Of a stretch of 64,000 nucleotides of DNA, positions 25,913-37,159 are shown piece after piece. The notes beneath the pieces are model-generated. The model was not told where the DNA came from, searched no databases, and saw only the letters and a program-made list of their open reading frames with translations. Position 1 is the stretch's first letter; each line of letters starts with the position of its first letter. The stretch is from Harriotta raleighana (taxonomy: Eukaryota): NCBI GenBank assembly GCA_050575255.1, contig JBNZDD010013687.1, positions 1,400,751 through 1,464,750 on the forward strand, written 5' to 3'. A program made the translations under genes and the position numbers.

Positions 25913-27078
25913 AATAATTTATTTTTTATTACTTTCTTAATTAATTTCCCCTCCTCCACACTCTTGTCATTTGTAATTTCTTGTTGTGACTCTCATCCTT
26001 CATGCTAGTTGGTGGCTTTAGCTCAATATATAGACATTTTCTTCTAACGCAGTGTTATGATTCTTTGCTATTGACCAATGTGAGATGTGCTTGCAGCAGG
26101 AACAGTTGATTGTTGTTTATTTTCTGTCCCAACACAGCGGGGCCTTCCATCTATCAGCCGTGCCAAGAACTGATGAAACGTGTTCTGTTTGTGACAGGTT
26201 GATAGACAGTCCTTTGACTTAATCTGCAGACGTCTGGGTGGGAGGCAGACATTCAACTTTTTCTGATCTCACCTATGTGTTTCAGATTGTCAAATCCACT
26301 TAGGTGCAATTGGCATAGACGCAAAGTGCATCCAAAAATTCAAATTTCCCCATTCATTTCAGAGGCATTCCGGGCCATTTTAATGCAAAAAAAAGTATGA
26401 TTAGCATTCAATCACTGCATAATGTTGATTTATGTACAAGTCAAATGGCTCTAATGAACAGTAGAAGACAAGGCACGAATATAGTTTTAAATCTAAAATT
26501 TGAAAATCGCTTATTTCCACCCTGATTTTTTGCATTACAAATGTAAAAGATAAATGAACATTATTCATGACTATCAGATTATAAGACTGTGGCAATCACT
26601 TAAGTTAGTTTTCTATGAGTTTTCTTAATGAGGGTATGAAATCTCTATATTTCCCTTTTTTTTTGTTCCTGCACAGGTTTCACCAGCCATCCATCCTCAG
26701 GGTGGGTGACCTGCTGCTAGACTTTTGTTAATGCTGTTCTTCATCCAACCCCTAGAGGAGGAGTAACAAAGTCCCAGTGATTGCTCTCCCTCCAGTTTTC
26801 CCTTCACCGCATTGCGAGACGCCTGCTCTCCAGTCAGCATCTACGCACAACAGCGGAGTCGAGATTGGGAAGTCAACAATAATGAGGGGAATTTGATCTG
26901 GGTCCTGTCATTCTGTGGTGCTGCGTGTTGCTGATCAAGCATCCTGCCCACCGCATTCTCCGCTACAAGCTTCATTTTCCATGTGTAGCATTTGAATGGG
27001 GTTACATTAGATTGTCTGCTCATGAAAAAATATGATTTATTTTAGGCAGTATATATTACTTATAATGGAGACACAAAC

Positions 27079-27310
27079 AGCTTCTCACTCTGACTTCTCT
27101 TACTCTGATCCTCACTTCCAGAGCCCTTTCACTCCAATTCCCACTTTCTGAGCTCCCTCATTGTGTCCTTCACTGTCTGAGCTCCATCACTCTTAAGTTT
27201 TCTCTCTTTGAAACAAAACTCTCCGAATCTCTCCCTAAATCTGCTCCCTCATTCTGGTTCCTTTCCTCTTTGGTCATTTGTCTCTTTCTCAGTTTGGTTC
27301 CTGCTCCAAT
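27079..27310 (+). repeat. pyrimidine-rich degenerate short tandem repeat
   Basis: Recurring YCACT(N)CTGA-like units (CTCACTCTGA, CTTACTCTGA, CCCACTTTCTGA, TTCACTGTCTGA); strong C/T bias. Confidence 0.6.
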
Positions 27311-30300
27311 AACTCTGATGTTATTATTTTGCTATTCCCAATTCCATTGCTTTGGACCCTTATTCCTGGCTTTGTCCCCCCCAATGTTCCGCCTCCCTTC
27401 AATGAAAAAGCCAGTTAAAAAGGCTATAAATAGAATACCATGGTTCCATATAACCAGAGTATAATTCTTCTCTTTCCCACTAGAATGTTTTTTTAAGTCA
27501 ATATACTGTATATTTTTCTAGTATAAAAAAAACTTTCGTTAAAATAAACATTCTTTGCCCCCACCATATTTTCATAGCCTCTTTAACATAATTAAACTTA
27601 AATGTAAAAATGTGAATTATTACTTTTAGATCCTTCACTAAAAGCAAAGCTATATGATGCAGTCGAACCTGCTTTAAAAGCCACGCCCTTATATTTATAG
27701 GAGATTTTAAAAAGCATGAAGTTTAATTTATACTCCTCAATGAAAAGTACATTTGAACAAAATGCAATCAGGATTAAGCTACATTTGTCATCAATTGTTT
27801 TGCTTAAGCGAAAAAGCTTCACAGCTGTGCAACCTTCTGAGAATGAAATACATGCAAACCAGATGCAAATTAACAAGAAGTTTAGCAAAATTAGAAAGAT
27901 ATTACCAGTAATACTACTGCCTGAAGCTTTAGCCAATTGAAGCTCTTCGAATAGTCATGCGTTGAGACAAGCAAACTGTTTATTGCCTCGTAACTCAGCA
28001 GCTACAACCTTATATCACTTAATTAGTTAGAAAAGTTCAAAGATTGAATCGGAACATTGCCCTATACAGATAATTCTGTATATATATATATTATATATGT
28101 ATATTACACATGTATAGTTGATAAAAGGTTGTTAGCTTTCACTACGTAGGACATTCCTGAAGGGTTTTTAATCTAACCTGCTGATGTTCACAGAAAAACA
28201 AGAATATCTATTGCCCTACAACTGTTCATCCACTTGTGTTTAGTGCTTGTGGATTTTTGATCTATTAAACTCGTAAAGAATGGTGTTGTATGCCATCACC
28301 AGAAGATGCATCTATTGCTAATAAGGTGAAAACAAGTTTTATTAAACCATGTATACCAAGATCTTAATTGGAGCAAATAATCGGCAACCATCTAAACAGA
28401 ATAAATTGTGCCATACATTTTAAATACACTAAGTATGCAAATCACCCAACATTGACACCTTCTGAAAGCTTTCCTGCATCAATGGATCCAAAATGCAAAA
28501 GGACAGGCAATCATAAAATACAAACAGCCCACAGCTCCAGCTAACCTTTCTTCATTATCATAAAAGGTCCTGCTGCTTCAGCATTCTAGTTATTGTAGCT
28601 ATTTGGCAAAATAAAGCCAGACTAAAATGAACATTGTGAAATGCAATCCATTCCAATGCCTCAAAATGCATTTTCTTATCTTCAATTAATGCTGGATTTC
28701 TTTTCAAAAATGGAATTTTTAACATAAACATGTTCACGTTATGTTACACATGCACTGAACTAACATCCTTATAGCTAAATAGAGCAGTTGACAAGGAAAG
28801 AAACCTAATATGTTTTGCTCATTGTTTCTGATGCACAAAGTTATGAATGTTTAGTTCATTTTTATATTCTAAAACCACTAGATGATTATTCTTAATCAGC
28901 AGAATAATATTGAATGATAATAGCAGCTACTTTTCCTCTCCATGCTTATGTTAATATGTACCAAGATGGGGAATATACAGTATATTGCTTCAAGGAACAA
29001 GGTACAAACAAAAGAAAACAAAATGTAACTGAATAAGTGATTGCTTCACCCTGAGTTACTTTATGGAATAGGCTAAAAATTAGTCCATCCAGTAAATGCA
29101 GAGCCCTTTGGAACATTGAAAAATAAATGATTGGATTTCCGAAACAAAAACCAGTACAGGCATATTAAGATGTCAAAACAACAAAGTGCCGAAACTGACT
29201 TAAAGTGTTGTGAAAATTGACTTAATTAAGATGCGCTTAACGACTTCATCATGTATACTTTCCTATGTTTAGTAGTTACCACTAACCACAGTCCACAAGT
29301 CCTTCTGGGCAATAAATTCATTATAGCATGGAATAGTGTTCCATTTGGTCACTCAGTAAATGAATCAGTACAATGGAACGGTTTCACTACACCTAACTTC
29401 ACTATAAGTAAATGTTATCTTTCACATAACCCGTTTAATTTGTCTGCAGGTACTGATCACTTTACCTTAGTAAGGATTTTTCTCATATGCTTAAAGATCA
29501 TTTGACGAGTCTGGATTTAACACTTGAAGTTATTACCCTTGTTGGTGTTAACCTCAATTGACTCAGACCTGAACCCACAACATCTCAAATTTATGTTTGC
29601 TAATAATAGTCTAGCTCAGTATATTACTGACCCTGCATATTATTTCTAACCACTAATTCATTTTAATTGATTTAATTTGTACTTATAAATCAGAGACATT
29701 GATTTTGGTTTCCAATACCTAGCAGAATCATTGCCAACAATCATGCCTTGAATTCTGCTTGGGCAGACAGTATTGTCAGCAGCCAATTCACCGTTTGCCA
29801 TTCTGCCCTTCTCTGGTAAATGATATATATGAATATTTCACTATCCACTCAGTGGAGTTGTGCTGGTTTGGTTTACCCTTCATTACTGTCATAACCCATA
29901 TTGCCATGTAGTGTATGGGATCAGCATGAGTTTCGAATAGTGCACTGAAAATATACTCAACCAATTGCAAAAATAACCCAGTTCTTCTGTATCTAAAACA
30001 AATAATGATTTGGAATTCTTGGATTTTTTTTTAATTCACCTGTTCAGACTAACATGTGATCGACCCTGAATAATTAACCCACAGTGTCCTGCAACTGAGT
30101 GTATTCACCTGGAATATAATTAAAAGTGCGCTCGGCAGTAGCTCCTTCAAGTAATAATTTGTACAATTGACATGGAAAATAAATAAAGAGATGCTGCTTG
30201 AGAAGATAATAACTGTTCGTCAAGTGAAACGGAAACTGCGAGAACGCAATGAGCATACAATGAGCCAGGCCAACCGATTCTAGAAGAGAAACACTTCAAC

Positions 30301-31658
30301 AAAACAACGGGATGACACACACACGTCAATCTTGATTTTTTGGGTAGTGTGTTATTTTTATACCCAATAAGGAAGAGCCATTGATGTACCATAGTGATTT
30401 TTCTGATCATGCTGAGGGCATGGCTCCGATGAACTATTACTTAGTTTGGGAGAAGTATCCCTTTGTATCTAGAACTAAGCTTCATTTCAGAGCAGTCTGA
30501 ATTTGATTATTCTTAGACATGTCCTTCATTTTGAAGTTAATTCAAGACCTACATCAAACCAACTTCAAAGTTATGATTTTAAAATGAAGACTCTTTGCCA
30601 AATTCTGCACATTTGTGGCACTCTGAAATGTGGCAAGAATTGAGGGAATCCAGATTCGGGTGGAATTTGTTGTGTCGGGTTAATCTAGGAGAAGAGAACA
30701 GAAAGTCAGGAAATAACTAACCAAATGTAACATTTCCTTTTTCCCTCAGTATAATTGCTTTCCAACATACTTCACAGGAGATGAGCAACACTTATCATAA
30801 TTAATGTGGTCTCGGGCTATTGGAAAGAGTTGGGGGGGGTGGTGGGGGGAGGGAAGGAGGTCACAAGCTGTCCTGTTTGATTAAGAGACAAACATCAGCT
30901 GTCTGTACTGTGTATCTATGTTCAGCTACAAGATACAGTAAATGTAGCAAATAACAATCTGTACCACACATAAAGTGCGGACACACAACGTACAGATATG
31001 CTAAACAGATCAATACTGTACATTTATGGAAGTGTTTGTGAATTAATTGGGCTTCGATTATTCTGGCACACACAAATCTATTGTATTCATCAGGTGGTTG
31101 TTGTAACTCTTGGGTCTCTCCTAGGATAAACTGTAAGTCTTCCTTTAGTACATTCATCACACTCCTACTTCGGCTGAAAAGAACTTAATGTGCTGGGAGG
31201 TTATATGCATTTCATCAATGCATTTTACGGGTGCATTCTACAAGTCTTTTCAGTGAGTCCCTGAGTATTGTGGGACGTTGTCTTAAAAATATTCTCTCTG
31301 CAAAGGTCTGCAGATTTTGAATGGGAATGATGAGCCATGTCTTCATTCCGCAGTCAACATTGGCAATCAGCCAGCACCAACGCTTTCTGTCCTGCCCAAA
31401 CCTCCTATAGAGAGAGGATCAGGAAAGAATAAATCAGTCATGGGTGGACCAATGATTACAGCTGACTCTGTTATTACCACTGAGTAATGGAGGTTATGCC
31501 TGAGATTGCTCTTTCTATAGTGGTGTCTGAGAGTAAAGTCAGTTGCCAGCACATCTTCATTATGTCACACATTGCTGCTTTCATTAGAATATGAAAACTG
31601 CACGTATGGTGTAATTCAAGCTGTTACACCTCCTGTTGGTTTTGGACCAACATGTACA

Positions 31659-31772
31659 GTCCACAAAACAAACAGTCAATGCATTTTACAGTATATTCTG
31701 TGCAGCGATTTAAGACATCTCGAAGACATAATAAGGCATTACAGTATATCAAATGCAAGGATTATTATTATT
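31659..31772 (+). mobile_element. tRNA-derived SINE 3' tail
   Basis: CAGTCAAT...TTTACAGTATATTCTGTG...GACATCTCGAAGAC...ATATCAAATGCAAGG(ATT)4. Confidence 0.85.
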
Positions 31773-32334
31773 AACATTCTCCATTACTGCTGGTGGTGAC
31801 ACATGTAAAAAAAACCTGATTAGACAATAATTCTGTTGTACCTGAAGCAGCATCAACAAAAATGTTACCGCTGTTATTAATGTGCCTACAAAATTAGCAT
31901 TAGGAAATTCTCCCCGTGATATCTGTCAAGAAATCACAAGTGAGCAAACAATGTAACTAACACATAAATATATGAATAACTGATGAACATTTTACAATAG
32001 GTTCAAGATTACACATTTAAGTCAGCACATCAAGAGTCAAGAATTCTATGTAATGTGAATAAATGAGAATTAATTTGAAACATTTAGAATTCTATGTTTG
32101 GATCTGATATGCATTTTATCTCAAGCCAACTGCAGCATCAATCTGTCACAAATAGATTGGTCTGTGCCAAAAGGAATGGAAGTTTGCCAGTGTCTATCCT
32201 CTTTATGAAATCAGCTAATAAAACTGATCTGAGCAATCATTGTCCTGTTTTCATCGTAGCTAAGCTATCTGAAACACTTCAATATACTGTATTGGTCTAT
32301 TCAAACACATGAATTGTTTGTGGGTTTAATACTT

Positions 32335-32649
32335 GGAGTCCTGTAGCTCAGTGGTTAGAGCACTCGCCTTTCAAGCGTGAGACCTGTGTTCGAATCCAGG
32401 TAGGGAGAAACCTTGGGCAAGTTTCCTTACTCCACATGACTAATAATAATCCCTCAAAAATAAAAACGATAATAAATTGGACAGTTCAAACTACAACTAT
32501 TTGTGGGACATTGCTGTTGGAAATTGGCCGCCGTGTTTCGTCCACAAATATGCAGTCAATTAATTTTACAATATATGCTATGAAGCACTTTGAGACATCT
32601 AGAAGATGTGAAAAGCGCTATATCAAATGCAAGGATTATTATTATTGTT
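32335..32649 (+). mobile_element. full-length tRNA-derived SINE with intact Pol III boxes
   Basis: A box TAGCTCAGTGG 32344-32354, B box GTTCGAATCC 32388-32397, CORE-like CCTTGGGCAAGTTTCCTTACTCC, L2-type tail with (ATT)n. Confidence 0.95.
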
Positions 32650-33586
32650 ATAAACCAGGTGCTATTCCATTCACATCCCTCAAACAGCTCTTATTGAATT
32701 TACTGAACACATGCTTTGTGATTTTGATAAATGCCAACCTGTAGAGACTATTTTTTCTCAATTTGAATAAATGTCTTTGGCAACAGTAAGTCATAATATT
32801 TTAGGTTGAGCTAGATATGTTTAGGAGTCAGGTTAGAAATAATTTTCTGTACCAATATTTGATATGCTTAGCTTTAGGATAAACTGCTATGTTATTCAGA
32901 AACATCAAAGGCATTCTTTCTAGAATGGAATCCAGATTCTAGTTGATTTAGTGTAATTTGAACAGAAGAATTATAAATATAATTACAATCAAAATTACAA
33001 AACATAATTATTTAAGATGATACATTTTTGTGTACGCTGGATGTCTGACACATGAGAAAACCCATCAACATGCTCAAGAGTGTACAATCCAGACTGAGAT
33101 TTCCATGCATCTACACTTGGGACTTTGTGTATTTTTTTGCAAAGATCACATCTCTATATGATTCGCCTCCAAATCCAGATTTAATTGCAGAATTACTGGA
33201 TGATTATATAATTTCTGCAGTCAGTATGACTTTTTACACACATGTGGAAAACAAAACCAATTTAATAAGAAGCCACATGGCTTGTACCCTGGAGATCTGT
33301 AATTATATTGCTGCAAACCAATTTAGGGATTCAGAGTGATGGACTTCCCCATTGGCACAAGAATTTGGATGGATTTTTGTCAGCAGGAAAACGGTTTCTT
33401 TTTTCACAGTAAATCCGTCGATGGGAGAATTACTGCCAGTTCACATTTTCAATTCATTGCTAATAGCTGGGTAATGATAAAGAGTCGTTAGGAGTCAATT
33501 CCATTAATATTTAAGAGAGTTGGTAAAATGGCCAGTTAAAAATTTCTGGTATTAACTGTTGGTAGTTTGTGTGTTACAGATATCAT

Positions 33587-33698
33587 TGCCCATGAAATAT
33601 ACAGTCATTCACTTGACAATATATTCTGTGAAGCACTTTGAGACATCTTGAAGACATGTTAAACCGTAACATCAAATACAAGGATTATTACTATTATT
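33587..33698 (+). mobile_element. tRNA-derived SINE 3' tail
   Basis: AAATATACAGTCATTCACTTGACAATATATTCTGTGAAGCACTTTGAGACATC...AAGGATTATTACTATTATT. Confidence 0.85.
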
Positions 33699-33862
33699 AA
33701 TGTGAAGGACAACTCAAATTGTTTCACAGAATATTCTGTGAAGGGCAGTGTTTTGCATTTGTGGGCAAATGCGGCAGCCAATTTGAGCATGAAAAGTCAT
33801 AAAGTGAACCACCAATTTTATTTGCGGAATTGTTGGCCAGGATACCAGGAGAAACTCCCTTC
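33699..33862 (-). mobile_element. Deu-domain SINE 3' part, 3'-truncated
   Basis: Minus strand: GGGAGTTTCTCCTGGTATCCTGGCCAACAATTCC...AAATTGGCTGCCGCATTTGCCCACAAAT...CTTCACAGAATATTCTGTGAA. Confidence 0.8.
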
Positions 33863-34124
33863 AACATTTAACCTCTCATAACCATGTTGTTATCTGGCTA
33901 AAACATAATTTATATATTGGCTGTTCCTCCACTATTTTCCAGCCGTTTCTCATTAGGGGAAACACCACAAAGCTCCAGGATGATTTCTGAGCCATTAAGG
34001 TGATTGACTTTGAATTACATTTGGTTAAACATGTAAACTTATCACAAGCAGGTTTAGTTATGTTGCAACAGAAGAAGAGTACAGCAAAGGCACTTTGATG
34101 AAATAAAGATAACTTGAATGTTTA

Positions 34125-34357
34125 ATCATATTTTATCATGTCCTAACATCTCAACGTGCTTTGCAGGATTACTGTCAGGAGTAATGATTTTTTTGTAAGC
34201 AAACACAGCAGCCATTTTGCACACAGCACGACTTGAGAAGCTAAGAGGTGAATTTGTCTGGAGTACTGCCAGCCAGTATACCAGGGGAAACTCCCTTCTC
34301 TTTTCAACTAGTGTCATAGGATCTTTAAAGGCTACCTGAAGATCAGGCAGATGGATC
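34125..34357 (-). mobile_element. Deu-domain SINE fragment
   Basis: Minus strand: AAAGATCCTATGACACTAGTTGAAAAGAGAAGGGAGTTTCCCCTGGTATACTGGC...GCTGTGTGCAAAATGGCTGCTGTGTTTGCTTACA. Confidence 0.8.
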
Positions 34358-34618
34358 AACTGAAGTAAGTATCTCCCAAGAGTAAAATACAAGCACATAT
34401 TATTAGCACCATATTAATACTGGACTAAAATTTAACATTTCATGCCATCAATCCTGTTACTGTCATGCACCAACAAGTGTCAAGCATGAAAAATAGAGTG
34501 AAAAAATCTCCACTCACATAAAGTGCCAAGAGCAATATAAATTAGAAGCAGAATCATGACTATTCGGCACTGGAATAAATTACAATCTCACCTGGAAAGG
34601 TTGTGTAATATTAAATCC

Positions 34619-34651
34619 TTTCATTTCATATCATATCATTTCATATCATTT
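34619..34651 (+). repeat. (TTTCA/TATCA)n pentanucleotide repeat
   Basis: TTTCATTTCATATCATATCATTTCATATCATTT. Confidence 0.85.
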
Positions 34652-34953
34652 CCCTGATTTCCCCCTTGTCCCCCTTTCTCCCCCCCTTTTTTCCCTGATT
34701 TTACCCCACCTCGCTTTTCCCTCCATTTCTCCCCTTTGCCATTTTTCCCCCCTTTTTTCCCCCATTTCTGCGTGTGTTTGTGAGACACTGCTGTGCGCAA
34801 TTTGGCTGCCGCGTTTCGCCCACAAATATACAGTCAATTTTTCCTACTCCTTTCTCTGAGCCCTCCCCCCCTACTTGGCTGTACAGCGCTTTGGGACGTC
34901 CTCCCGACGTGAAAGGCGCTATATAAATAAAATTGATTTTGATTTTGATTTGA
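34652..34953 (+). mobile_element. young L2-type LINE 3' UTR with C/T-rich tracts
   Basis: C/T tract, then GACACTGCTGTGCGCAATTTGGCTGCCGCGTTTCGCCCACAAATATACAGTCAATT, C-rich spacer, AGCGCTTTGGGACGTCCTCCCGACGTGAAAGGCGCTATATAAAT, (GATTTT)n; CpGs intact; LINE rather than SINE identity is inferred. Confidence 0.75.
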
Positions 34954-34959
34954 TCATGC

Positions 34960-35095
34960 TTAATCACGTTGCAGAAATGTCTCGAAGCATTTCATCGGAT
35001 TTCCTGTAAAGTGAAGTGACTGTGTATTTGTCAGCAAATGATGCAGCCAATTTGGGCACAGCAATTTCTGATCAGCAATCAAGTGAATGAACAAT
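34960..35095 (-). mobile_element. Deu-type SINE tail, 3'-truncated
   Basis: Minus strand: TTGCTGTGCCCAAATTGGCTGCATC...AAATACACAGTCACTTCACTTTACAGGAAATCC. Confidence 0.75.
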
Positions 35096-35139
35096 TTTAT
35101 ATTTGGGAGTTATAAACTGGGAGTAGAATTTCTGTTCTG

Positions 35140-35301
35140 ATTAAGTTGTGCACATTGTTGGATGAATATTTTGGAAATTTTGACTTTGCAGTTGAAGGAG
35201 AATCTGTACTTTCCCTTGAGACATAGAGTAGATAGGATCCACGTGGATGTGGAGGAATAGGCTGGATGGCCTTTTCTTATTCTACATTTCTTTCATTTCT
35301 T
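35140..35301 (+). mobile_element. decayed CR1 3' end
   Basis: GAATAGGCTGGATGGCCTTTTCTTATTCTACATTTCT resembles the CR1 3' UTR terminus. Confidence 0.45.
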
Positions 35302-36369
35302 GGTAAAGTTGTGCTCCACTTTGTACCTATCTAAGTACTGTGTTCAGCTTTTGAGCAACATTTGCAGGTAAAAACCTGCATTTGCAGGTGTCTGGAGCCA
35401 TCCTCTCAGTAGATGGGTAGCATTAGGAAGATAAAAAAGGGGAAATTATTTACAAAATAAATTGCAGTTGAAAAAAAACAAATGGGGATATTGATGAAGC
35501 ATTACATGGGACAATTTTAAAATCTGCAATTTTTAAAACAAAACATTTTAAGAATAAAAATTAAAATAGTGCTTCTCTTAGTGGAATTGTGCTTCTACAT
35601 GTGCCACCTCAGCTTTTGCTCCGTGTACTTACAATATTGTTTGTTTATTTTGATTGTTAAGTCCAAAGGACAGTGACAATATAATAACTAGATGCAATCT
35701 CGAGGGACTGCTGCCTGTCTGGTTAGGATCTTGAACTGTTGACAATGTAACAAAATAGCCCTATGAATGAAACAGCCAAACCGCAGCTGTGCAGCGTTTA
35801 ATGCATGGATTTGACTAATATTTATTTAATTGCTTAGATTCTGCTTGAATGTATTAACACATCAGCAGCTCCCCTATATATTTTTTAGGGAAAAGAAGGC
35901 TTTACCTAACAAATCCCTGAGTGATGGTACGATCCCATGCATGTCATCACATGGATTCAGACTGAAAGATTGGGTGCAAAGGTGCGAGTAAAACATTTCA
36001 TTTATTATTAAAACAAAACTTCAAACACACGTCTATTAATTTCAAGTGTGGAATCAAGACTGAAACAGTTTGAAACCTTAAGCACAATTTTAAAAAAAGA
36101 GAGGTTCTTGAACATTAATACTAGATGCCAATTATGGATAGGAGAGAGTACATTTGGTATGGTTGTGTTTTACATATAAGAAACACCTTGGCAATAGGTG
36201 TACATTTCCCTCTCTACTTCTGTCTTTACTCTCTAGACCGAGACAAGGTTCTTATTTTTCTCCTTTTATTCTCATGTGTATTTAAATCAAGAACAGAACA
36301 ATTCCATGAAGAACAATACAAGGCATAATTGGAATCATTAATCAGACCGCGATGTAGGGATTCAAAACA

Positions 36370-36705
36370 CACAAAAGAAAATGAAACAATAAAAATGGAT
36401 GGAAATCAAATGAAAATATGTAAGAATGACAGATTAGAAATGTTGGAATTGATTGCGCGCTGTAAAGAAAAGGAAGAATCAGAAACAGAAAATGAAAGGC
36501 AGAGAAGAAGACACAGGAATCAAATGAAAACGTATCAAAGAGAAAAACAGATAAAGGAAAAATAACTAGGCATAAAGAAAACTCGTTCAAAAATAATTAT
36601 ATATATATATAGTACAACAGCCCAACAATCAAAAAGTGAGAAGGAAGAGAAAAAAAACTGTCAAAAACTGAAAGAAAAGATGTGAAAGAACAAAGAAACA
36701 ACTTA
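36370..36705 (+). repeat. purine (A/G)-rich low-complexity tract with internal (AT)n
   Basis: Strong A/G bias; explains the spurious K/E/R-rich ORF 36329-36565. Confidence 0.7.
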
Positions 36706-36845
36706 ATGATGGTCCTCGGGGATGGATGATTAATCAAAAATATTCTCTTGACATCTGACCTCATAATCAGGAGTTGGACAGGCTTTTGTGAACTGCGCCT
36801 GGACTCAGGTTTTGGTTCAGAGAGTCGAACTCCTTATTGATTATT

Positions 36846-37159
36846 GAGCTCCTGTGGCTCAGTGGTTAGAGCACTCACCTTACAAGCATGAGACCTGTGT
36901 TCGAAGGCGAAACCTTGGGCAAGTTTCCTTACTCCACATGCCTAATAATAATCCCTCAAAAAAAAAAATCACAATAATAAAATTTGTCATTTTCAATCCA
37001 CGACTGTTTGTGGGACACTGCTGTGCACAATTGGCTGCCGCGTTCCGCCCACAAATATACAGTCAATTCACTTTACAGTATATTCTGTGAAGCGCTTTGG
37101 GATGTCAATAAGATGTGAAAAGCGCTATATCAAATGCAAGGATTATTATTATTATTATT
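36846..37159 (+). mobile_element. full-length young tRNA-derived SINE with truncated B box
   Basis: TGGCTCAGTGGTTAGAGC head; ~10 bp missing after GTTCGAA relative to the 32335 copy; complete tail AAATGCAAGG(ATT)6. Confidence 0.95.

Noticed and set aside
26650-26880. Strong acceptor TTTTTGTTCCTGCACAG
   Set aside because: All three frames stop within about 20 codons; downstream sequence looks like a decayed repeat
32335-32410. tRNA gene (also 22645, 36846, 56825)
   Set aside because: A/B boxes run directly into SINE body and tail; these are SINE heads
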